Position numbers and translations under genes: made by a program. From NCBI GenBank assembly GCA_039804165.1, contig JBDRZZ010000005.1, positions 27,290 through 91,289 of the forward strand: a stretch of DNA of 64,000 bases, in the 5' to 3' direction. Source of the stretch: a candidate division WOR-3 bacterium. Its GTDB lineage: Bacteria; Hydrothermota; UBA3072. The notes under the pieces are model-generated. The model was not told where the DNA came from, did no database searches, and was given only the letters and a program-made list of their open reading frames with translations. Positions 57,442 to 64,000 of this stretch are shown piece by piece. Position 1 is the first letter of the stretch. Each line of letters starts with the position of its first letter.

Positions 57442-58446
57442 ATGAAGAAGTTTAGTTTAGTAGTCGGTTGGAGTTGCCTGATTTTATTGATTGTTGCTCC
57501 TATAGGTCTAAAGGGAGGAGAAACGAAAATCTCTATGACGTTGTGGAATAGATATACTGCTGAAAGAAGCGAAGGGAAATTTACCAAAAGTGCATTTACC
57601 TTAGAGAGAGGTTATTTTGGTGTTGAACCCACTTTTACAGATAGGATAAAAGGTAGATTCACAATTGATGTTTTCTCTTCTGATAAATTTGCAGATGGAG
57701 CTGGACTTAAGTTGAAATACGCTTATCTTAATTTTACGCAAGTTTTGCCAATACCAGAGAGCGATATCCAGGTTGGGTTACTAAAGCATTATTTTGGAAC
57801 TGTCTATGACTGGGAGTATATTTCTATTCGGAAAGCCCTGGAGGACGAGAGAAAAGTAGCTTCATCCGCAGATTATGGACTTGCTCTTTTTGGTTATATT
57901 CCGCATGGTTTTGGAGAATATGCAATTTCAATTTTAAATGGAGAAGGATATAATAAGACAGGGAGTGCCCTTGACAAAGAACCTGAAATTGCAGGTAACT
58001 TGAGAGTTATTCCTTTACCAGGATTAACTATTGGAGGCTCTATTCTTTATGAAAATAAGGAAAGTGATCGATTTGCCTATGTAGGTGTAGGACGTATTGC
58101 AAGAGGTCCATTTGAAATCTGGGGAGAGTATCTTATTCAAGATAAAAGCGATATTAAGAGTAATGGTTGGATGATTATGCCAATCTTAAAGCTTCAGAAT
58201 TTAGCAAAATTGGATGTGGACATTATTGGAAGATTTGATAAATGGGACGGCAATACCGAATTAGAAAATGATGGAGATATGACTATTACCTGTGGGATAA
58301 ACTGGAATCTCGTTAGAGACGAAAAGAATAAATCTTGTGTTTTCCTTCAAATTCAGGGAGAGAAGACTATTTTCGAAAATGAAGCTATAAGTGATATTAA
58401 TCAGCTTTTGATTCAACTCCAATGGAAATTCAGCAATACCATATAA
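57442..58446 (+). CDS. Outer-membrane beta-barrel porin, possibly phosphate-selective
   Basis: Signal peptide, alternating amphipathic beta-strands and a C-terminal aromatic residue region (LQWKFSNTI). Pho-box upstream and pstS downstream. Confidence 0.45.
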   Translation: MKKFSLVVGWSCLILLIVAPIGLKGGETKISMTLWNRYTAERSEGKFTKSAFTLERGYFGVEPTFTDRIKGRFTIDVFSSDKFADGAGLKLKYAYLNFTQVLPIPESDIQVGLLKHYFGTVYDWEYISIRKALEDERKVASSADYGLALFGYIPHGFGEYAISILNGEGYNKTGSALDKEPEIAGNLRVIPLPGLTIGGSILYENKESDRFAYVGVGRIARGPFEIWGEYLIQDKSDIKSNGWMIMPILKLQNLAKLDVDIIGRFDKWDGNTELENDGDMTITCGINWNLVRDEKNKSCVFLQIQGEKTIFENEAISDINQLLIQLQWKFSNTI

Positions 58447-58453
58447 AAGACTC

Positions 58454-58492
58454 TTAACAAAAACTTAACATTTAATTAATGGTTTTTTAATG
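58454..58492 (+). promoter_or_regulatory. Second Pho-box-like array upstream of pstS
   Basis: TTAACA-aaaac-TTAACA-tttaa-TTAATG-gtttt-TTAATG with exact 11-bp periodicity, about 30 nt upstream of the pstS RBS. Confidence 0.5.
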
Positions 58493-58522
58493 ATTGGATA
58501 GAATAATAAAAGGAGGTTTAAA

Positions 58523-59341
58523 ATGAAAAAGAGTGGAATTTTTAATCTTGTAAAAGTGTGGATGGTTCTTTTAGGTTTCTCCGGTTTTGCTGCTTCAAAG
58601 AGGATAAATATCACGGGTTCCACCACTGTTTTACCAATTGCCCAAAGAGAGGCAGAAGCTTTTATGGATCTTTATCCAGATATTTCAGTCTCTGTCCGAG
58701 GCGGTGGTTCTGGAGTAGGAATTACAGCACTTATTGATGGAAGAACAGATATAGCAAATTCTTCAAGGGCTATTCAAACGAAAGAACTTAAAATTGCTCG
58801 AGAGAAAGGTGTAAATGTTTATGCGAATGTGATAGCTCGGGATGGAATTGCAATTGTTGTTAACCCTAAAAACCCTATAGATTCTATTACATTGGAAGAT
58901 TTAAAGAAGATTTATACTGGAGAGATTAGTAATTGGGAAGCTCTTGGAGGACCATCTAAACCTATAGTTGTTATTTCTCGGGATTTCTCTTCAGGAACTT
59001 TTGAAGTTTTTAAAGACCTTGTTCTTAAAGGAGGAAAGGTAAAAGATGATGCTTTGATGCTTGCTTCAAATAAAGCCGTTGCTACAACTGTAGCAGAAAC
59101 TCCAGATGCGATTGGTTATATTGGTCTTGGGTATATTTCTGAGGAAGTAAAAGTTTTGAAGATTGATGGAGTTTTTCCTAATAAAGAAACAGTTCAAAGT
59201 GGGAAATATAAACTATCGCGTGCTCTTTTTATGTATACGAATGGTGAACCTAAAGGCATCATAAAAACTTTTATAAATTTTGTATTATCCAGAGAGGGGC
59301 AGAGAATTGTTGAAGAAGAAGGATTTGTGCCAGTTAAATGA
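58523..59341 (+). CDS. pstS: Phosphate ABC transporter substrate-binding protein
   Basis: Signal peptide, then TVLPIAQREAEAFMDLYPDISVSVRGGGSGVGITALIDGRTDIANSSRAI. Confidence 0.9.
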   Translation: MKKSGIFNLVKVWMVLLGFSGFAASKRINITGSTTVLPIAQREAEAFMDLYPDISVSVRGGGSGVGITALIDGRTDIANSSRAIQTKELKIAREKGVNVYANVIARDGIAIVVNPKNPIDSITLEDLKKIYTGEISNWEALGGPSKPIVVISRDFSSGTFEVFKDLVLKGGKVKDDALMLASNKAVATTVAETPDAIGYIGLGYISEEVKVLKIDGVFPNKETVQSGKYKLSRALFMYTNGEPKGIIKTFINFVLSREGQRIVEEEGFVPVK

Positions 59342-59394
59342 AGTCAAATACCTCCTTATTTATGGGTTTGTTGTTGACACAGCTGAAAAAAACC

Positions 59395-59422
59395 AAGAGG
59401 TGGGGGGTAGGCCCCACCTCTT
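59395..59422 (+). other. GC-rich 11-bp perfect stem-loop between pstS and pstC. Likely an mRNA-stabilising or partial-terminator hairpin
   Basis: aagaggtgggg-ggtagg-ccccacctctt. It stands out in an AT-rich genome. pstC downstream lacks an obvious SD. Confidence 0.5.
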
Positions 59423-59433
59423 AAATAATAAAA

Positions 59434-60300
59434 ATGTTGAAAGAAAAGATTTTTAAATATTTGACTGAGGCAGCAGCTTTATGTTCTATTATTTTTCTTT
59501 TTGGAATAATATTCAGTGTATTTAAGGAAGGATATGTTATATTTTCTGAAGTGGGTTTTCTTAAATTTATTTTTGGTAAATCCTGGCACCCCGTTTATTC
59601 TCCTCCAGAATTTGGAATCTTGGGACTTATTGTTGGTTCGGTGATTGTCACTTTTGGAGCCTTGATTATTTCCGTTCCACTTGGTTTGGGCTCCGCCATT
59701 TATATTTCAGAGCTTTCTTATCCAAAAGCTAAGGAAGTTTTAAAACCAATTATAGAGCTTCTTGCAGGTATTCCTTCAGTAATTTACGGTTTATTTGGTA
59801 TGGCTTTTTTGGGACCTTTCCTTGCAAGGATTTTTGGTTTGGAAGTGGGTTTAAATGCTTTTACCGCTTCAATAATTCTTGGGATAATGGTGATTCCCAT
59901 AATTTCAAGTATTTCGGAGGATGCGATAAATGCGGTTCCAAAGGATTTAAGGGAAGCATCTTTTGCTCTTGGAGCAAATAAATGGGAGACAATAATTCAT
60001 ATAATACTTCCCGCAGCAAAGTCAGGAATCATTGCTTCAATAGTTCTTGGGTTTGGAAGAGCAATTGGAGAAACAATGGTTGTTTTGATGGTAGCAGGGG
60101 GATCAGCAAAGATACCCCATTCAATATTTCAACCAGTTCGTCCTATGACTTCTACGATCGCGGCGGAAATGGGAGAAGCAACCGTTGGTAGTTTACACTT
60201 CCATGCTTTATTTGGAATAGCGATTGTCCTTTTTTTAATAACGTTTTTTTCTAACCTTTTAACTGAATGGGTGATTAGAAAGGCAAAGGGTAAAAAATGA
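59434..60300 (+). CDS. pstC: Phosphate ABC transporter permease PstC
   Basis: Six-TM permease with an EAA-like loop (ISEDAINAVPKDLREASFALGANKWETI). Confidence 0.9.
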   Translation: MLKEKIFKYLTEAAALCSIIFLFGIIFSVFKEGYVIFSEVGFLKFIFGKSWHPVYSPPEFGILGLIVGSVIVTFGALIISVPLGLGSAIYISELSYPKAKEVLKPIIELLAGIPSVIYGLFGMAFLGPFLARIFGLEVGLNAFTASIILGIMVIPIISSISEDAINAVPKDLREASFALGANKWETIIHIILPAAKSGIIASIVLGFGRAIGETMVVLMVAGGSAKIPHSIFQPVRPMTSTIAAEMGEATVGSLHFHALFGIAIVLFLITFFSNLLTEWVIRKAKGKK

Positions 60301-61151
60301 AGATTAGAAAACTGAAAGAATTTTTAGGAATAAATGCTTTAAGAATAGCAATACTTATAAGCATATTGTTTTTATTTTTGTTTATTGGTATTGTTTTTTC
60401 TAAAGGAGTTAAAATGATTTCCTTTTCTTTTCTTCTTGAGCCACCACGGGATGGAATGACAAAAGGTGGAATATTTCCGGCTATAATTGGGACTTTATAT
60501 TTGACAGTTCTTGCTGTTTTATTTGCTTTTCCTTTAGGGGTTCTATCAGCCATTTATCTTGTTGAGTATTCAAAAGAAAATTTTCTTGTTACTATTATAA
60601 GAACAGCTATAGGAACCTTGGCAGGTATTCCCTCTATAATTTTTGGACTATTTGGTCTTGCAATCTTTGTAATAACTTTTGGATTTGGAGTTTCTATTCT
60701 TTCTGGTTCTCTAACTTTAGGAATAATGATTTTGCCAATGGTTATTAAAGCTTCGGAAGAAGCTTTAAAGGCAGTTCCTCATAGTTTTAGGGAAGCTGCT
60801 TATGCTCTTGGAGCGACTAAAAGACAAACTATTCTTAAAGTTATTGTTCCCACAGCACTACCAAGTATAATGACAGGTGTGATTATTAGCATTGGGAGAG
60901 CCGCAGGTGAAACAGCTCCTATTCTTTTTACTGCAGCAACTTTCTATACTAGAAGATTACCCAGATCCGTTTTTGATGAGGTTATGGCTCTCCCATATCA
61001 TATTTACGCCTTAATGACAGAAGGGACAAGGCCAGAATCTCAAGTTCCTATTGCTTATGGAACTTCAGTTATTCTTTTAACACTTGTTTTAGCGATTAGT
61101 TCTCTTTCTATTATTATTAGATACAGAATTAGGAGGCAAAGGAAATGGTGA
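60297..61151 (+). CDS. pstA: Phosphate ABC transporter permease PstA
   Basis: Permease with an EAA loop ([28 protein letters not shown]). Confidence 0.9.
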   Translation: MKIRKLKEFLGINALRIAILISILFLFLFIGIVFSKGVKMISFSFLLEPPRDGMTKGGIFPAIIGTLYLTVLAVLFAFPLGVLSAIYLVEYSKENFLVTIIRTAIGTLAGIPSIIFGLFGLAIFVITFGFGVSILSGSLTLGIMILPMVIKASEEALKAVPHSFREAAYALGATKRQTILKVIVPTALPSIMTGVIISIGRAAGETAPILFTAATFYTRRLPRSVFDEVMALPYHIYALMTEGTRPESQVPIAYGTSVILLTLVLAISSLSIIIRYRIRRQRKW

Positions 61152-61900
61152 AGAATAGACTAAAAGTTGAGAGATTAAATCTTTGGTTTGGAGAGAAGCA
61201 AATCCTAAAAGATATTTCTTTTTCTATACCTGATAAAAAGGTAACAGCGATTATCGGTCCCTCAGGTTGTGGAAAAACAACTCTTTTAAGATGTTTTAAT
61301 AGGATGAACGATCTTGTAGAAAACGTAAAGATTAAAGGCAAGATTTTCTTGGATGGTTACAATATATATGAAGAAACAGATTTATCATCTTTAAGAATGA
61401 AAGTAGGGATGGTTTTTCAAAAGCCAAATCCTTTTCCTAAGTCAATTTTTGAGAATGTTGCTTTTGGGCTTCATATTAAAGGAATAAGAGATAAAAATAG
61501 AATAATGGAGATTGTAGAGAATAGTTTAAAAAGAGCTTGGCTTTGGGAAGAAGTTAAGGACCGCTTAAGCTCTTCCGCAATGGAACTTTCGGGTGGACAA
61601 CAACAGAGACTCTGCATTGCAAGAGCTCTTGCAACGGATCCAGAGGTTATTCTATTTGATGAACCAACCTCTGCTCTTGATCCAAAAGCTACAGCAAAAA
61701 TAGAAGAGTTAATTGTAGAACTTAAAAATTCTGTGACTGTTATCCAAGTAACCCATAACATAGGTCAAGCCGCGAGAATTTCTGATTTTACTGCTTTTCT
61801 TTATCTTGGTGAGTTAGTTGAGTTTGGCCCTACAGAAAAATTATTTACAGTTCCTCAAGATAAAAGAACGGAAGAATATCTTGAGGGTAAATTTGGATAA
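61145..61900 (+). CDS. pstB: Phosphate ABC transporter ATP-binding protein
   Basis: Walker [10 protein letters not shown], signature LSGGQQQRL and Walker [12 protein letters not shown]. Confidence 0.9.
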   Translation: MVKNRLKVERLNLWFGEKQILKDISFSIPDKKVTAIIGPSGCGKTTLLRCFNRMNDLVENVKIKGKIFLDGYNIYEETDLSSLRMKVGMVFQKPNPFPKSIFENVAFGLHIKGIRDKNRIMEIVENSLKRAWLWEEVKDRLSSSAMELSGGQQQRLCIARALATDPEVILFDEPTSALDPKATAKIEELIVELKNSVTVIQVTHNIGQAARISDFTAFLYLGELVEFGPTEKLFTVPQDKRTEEYLEGKFG

Positions 61901-61911
61901 GAGGTGTTAAA

Positions 61912-62577
61912 ATGTTGGAAGAAAGAATAAAATCTTTAAAAAAAGAGATAATAAATTATGCTTCTTTGGTTGAGGTAATGATTGAAAAAAGTATTCAAGG
62001 CTTAGTAAAGAGACAAAAAGAACTGCTTAAGGAAGTTATTGAGAAAGACGAGGAAAAAGCAAATGAGATGGAGATGAAGATTGAAGAGCACTGTATTGAA
62101 ACCTTGGCTCAGTTTGAACCGAGGGCTAAGGACCTAAGGTTAATTGTTGCAGCTTTAAAGATGAACAACGATTTGGAGAGAATGGCTGATCATGCTGTAA
62201 ATATAGCTGGTAACGCTTCTTTTTTGATTGAACTTCCAAGAGAGGCTTTTATAGAAGAAATTCTAACTATGGCAGAAAAGACTAAGAAAATGTTAAAGGA
62301 TAGTGTGGACTCTTTTATTGAGGGAGATACCCAAAAAGCTGAGGATGTTTGTAAAAGAGATGATGAGGTGGATGAACTTCAGGATAAGATAATCAAAGCC
62401 CTTGTTTCGAATATGTGCGTTGAGCCAGATTCGCTTGCCTCGATAGACCAGAGAGTGCATCTTCTTATAATAGCTAAAAATTTGGAGAGAATAGCGGATC
62501 TTTCCACTAACATATGTGAAGATACGATTTATTTAGAGAAAGGAAAGGACATAAAACACCACAGAGGATTTAAATAA
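61912..62577 (+). CDS. phoU: Phosphate-transport system regulatory protein PhoU
   Basis: Two PhoU repeats with conserved D/E-x-x-x-D motifs (NNDLERMADHAVNIA / AKNLERIADLSTNI). Confidence 0.85.
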   Translation: MLEERIKSLKKEIINYASLVEVMIEKSIQGLVKRQKELLKEVIEKDEEKANEMEMKIEEHCIETLAQFEPRAKDLRLIVAALKMNNDLERMADHAVNIAGNASFLIELPREAFIEEILTMAEKTKKMLKDSVDSFIEGDTQKAEDVCKRDDEVDELQDKIIKALVSNMCVEPDSLASIDQRVHLLIIAKNLERIADLSTNICEDTIYLEKGKDIKHHRGFK

Positions 62578-62661
62578 AGGTTTTTTGGTTGAAATTAACC
62601 TTGACTTTTTTTATTTTTATTCTAAAATAGGTTAATGAAATCTTTAAAGAGAGGTGTTTAA

Positions 62662-62916
62662 ATGGAAGAAAAGAAAATAGGTGTTATAACTCATTATTTT
62701 GGAAAGATCTCCGTTGGAATAATTGAATTATCAGGCCCTTTAAGGGTTGGGGATACTATTCACATAAAAGGGGCTCATGATGATTTCGTGCAGAAGGTAG
62801 AGACAATGGAGATAGAACATAAAGCAGTGGCTTCTGCAGATAAAGGAGATCTGGTAGGGATAAAGGTTACAAATAAAGTGCATCCTAAGGATGAAGTATA
62901 TTTGGTTGTGGAATGA
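62662..62916 (+). CDS. Small (84 aa) beta-barrel-like protein of unknown function
   Basis: MEEKKIGVITHYFGKISVGIIELSGPLRVGDTIHIKGAHDDF... Reminiscent of EF-Tu domain-2-like small barrels. The family was not recognised with confidence. Confidence 0.35.
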   Translation: MEEKKIGVITHYFGKISVGIIELSGPLRVGDTIHIKGAHDDFVQKVETMEIEHKAVASADKGDLVGIKVTNKVHPKDEVYLVVE

Positions 62917-63002
62917 AATTAGGATAGCTTCTTCTTAAAAAGCTAATTTTTCCTGTTTTCCCCTCAAGATTGTATTATTTCAGTTTAAGAGAAGGAGGCG
63001 AA

Positions 63003-63317
63003 ATGCCTGAAGCTTTTATAAAAGAAATAAAAGAAGCAGAAAAAAAGGCAGAAGAGGTGGTTCAAAAAGCAAAAGATGAAACTGTAAAGATGATTGAGAA
63101 AGCTAGGGAAGAGGCGGAAATAATTATAGAAAAGAGCAAAGAGAAAGTGAAGGAATTACTCAAAGAGAAAAGAATGGAAGGGAAAAAAGAAGCAGAAGAG
63201 GAAAAGAAGAAATTGGATATAGAAATCGATAAGGAGATTGCAGAAATTAAAGATAGGGCTTATAAGAAAATGGAAGAAGCAAAGAAAATGATAATAGAAA
63301 GGATTTTAAAGGGCTAA
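63003..63317 (+). CDS. A/V-type ATPase peripheral-stalk subunit (H/G-like coiled-coil)
   Basis: Start MPEAFIKEIKEAEKKAEE preceded by GAAGGAGG. Charged coiled-coil of about 100 aa, typical of V-ATPase subunit H/G. The track start at 62970 is over-extended. Confidence 0.5.
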   Translation: MPEAFIKEIKEAEKKAEEVVQKAKDETVKMIEKAREEAEIIIEKSKEKVKELLKEKRMEGKKEAEEEKKKLDIEIDKEIAEIKDRAYKKMEEAKKMIIERILKG

Positions 63318-64000
63318 ATGCCTCAGAAGGAACTTAAAAAGGTTAGTTTTGTTATATACGAAGAAGATAAAGAGGCCTTCTTAAGAGAACTCCAAGAAAA
63401 GGAAATTTTTCATATAAGTGATTTGCGATCTTCTTCTCTGGCGGAAAAATTTCCCGATTTAATTCCTGAGGAGAGATTTAAGGATGGAGAAGCTGAAGAA
63501 CTTATTAAAAAACTTGAAAAAATTTTAGATTTGCTTAAGCCTTATGTAAATGAGGAAAAAGGCCTACTTGGACAATTTATAGATTTGAAAATTTCTGTTT
63601 CAACTGAAGAGTATAAAAGAGTAGTTGAGAGCTTTAATCTCAAAGAAATTGATGAAATTTATAATTGGGGAGAGGAGTTGTATCATCTTAAAAATAAATT
63701 AGTAGAACTTACTGATAAGTTAAATTTTTATGAAGAGTGGAAAGCATTAAAGATAAAATTGTCTGATTTAGAAGTTCTAAAAAATGTTACTTTGAAGATA
63801 TATAAGTTATCTGTGGAAGAAGAAGAATTAAAGGAAAAAATTAAAGAATTACCGGTGGATTTCTATACTATTTTCGAGAAAGAAAAGAAAAAGGGAATGA
63901 TTTTTTTGATTTATAAAGGGTTTGAAGAGGATTTTAGAAGGATTTTGGCTGATTATCAAGTTGAAGAAGTGAATTTTAAGGGAGAAAAGGAAGAACCAGA
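63318..64000 (+). CDS. V-type ATPase subunit I (a-subunit). N-terminal cytoplasmic domain only; partial, runs off the window end
   Basis: ATG at 63318 immediately after the TAA of the preceding gene. MPQKELKKVSFVIYEEDKEAFLRELQEKEIFHISDL... matches the hydrophilic N-terminal domain of subunit I. Confidence 0.6.
   Translation, partial: MPQKELKKVSFVIYEEDKEAFLRELQEKEIFHISDLRSSSLAEKFPDLIPEERFKDGEAEELIKKLEKILDLLKPYVNEEKGLLGQFIDLKISVSTEEYKRVVESFNLKEIDEIYNWGEELYHLKNKLVELTDKLNFYEEWKALKIKLSDLEVLKNVTLKIYKLSVEEEELKEKIKELPVDFYTIFEKEKKKGMIFLIYKGFEEDFRRILADYQVEEVNFKGEKEEP

Noticed and set aside
1-64000. CRISPR arrays, integrases, transposases, phage or plasmid genes
   Set aside because: No short direct-repeat/spacer array is seen, and no recombinase-like ORFs. 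The only notable repeats are the 24-bp inverted repeat at 48189-48367, the paired sigma54 UAS dyads and the Pho-box hexamer arrays.

Overview
This is a very AT-rich window from a bacterium that appears to be diderm (TolC, TonB-ExbBD, outer-membrane porin and V-type ATPase genes are all present). Proteins are rich in K, E and I, which suggests a thermophile such as Dictyoglomus, but that is inference only. There is no CRISPR array, transposase, integrase or rRNA in the window.

Gene content, left to right:
- 1-1357: a partial TolC-family efflux gene and a TetR regulator.
- 1541-3784: a secreted Big-domain surface protein with a C-terminal sorting-domain-like tail.
- 4046-16811: a beta-mannan/galactomannan phosphorolytic locus (ROK sugar kinase; plus-strand operon GH94 - SSS transporter - GPH symporter - GH130 - GH94 - cellobiose 2-epimerase - GH27 alpha-galactosidase).
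- 16860-18498: a cNMP-binding histidine kinase and a nitroreductase.
- 18565-19013: tRNA-Gly, tRNA-Cys and rpsT.
- 19000-26233: a tightly coupled minus-strand block (comF-rodA-recJ-scpA-Na/Pi cotransporter-tonB-exbD-exbB).
- 26336-46221: a roughly 20-kb, 21-gene minus-strand aromatic/tryptophan/histidine supraoperon (hisC-hisB-hisH-hisF-hisA/IE-trpD-trpC-tyrA-trpF-aroE-aroC-aroKB-aroQ-trpB-trpA-DAHPS-pheA-aroA-trpE-trpG-hisD). Many neighbours share 4-nt ATGA/ATGC overlaps. It includes a HisA-HisI-HisE fusion and an AroK-AroB fusion.
- 46608-48184: nagB and a radical-SAM gene.
- 48189-48367: a 24-bp perfect inverted repeat that fills a convergent intergenic region.
- 54847-62577: a Pho regulon block (phoB-phoR, two Pho-box-like direct-repeat arrays, porin, pstSCAB-phoU).
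- 62662-64000: the start of a V-type ATPase operon.

The most unusual region is 48376-54740. A giant 1541-aa sigma54 enhancer-binding protein (a degenerate Ser/Thr-kinase-like domain, a STAND/AAA_16-type NTPase, a TPR array, GAF, a sigma54 AAA+ module and a Fis-type HTH, with no receiver domain) lies immediately upstream of two near-identical palindromes, an IHF-like site and a good -24/-12 sigma54 promoter. That promoter drives a tiny two-gene module: an unannotated 45-aa hydrophobic-N-terminus peptide and a 65-aa divergent Hfq/Sm-like protein. A terminator follows, and then an orphan cytoplasmic PAS histidine kinase.
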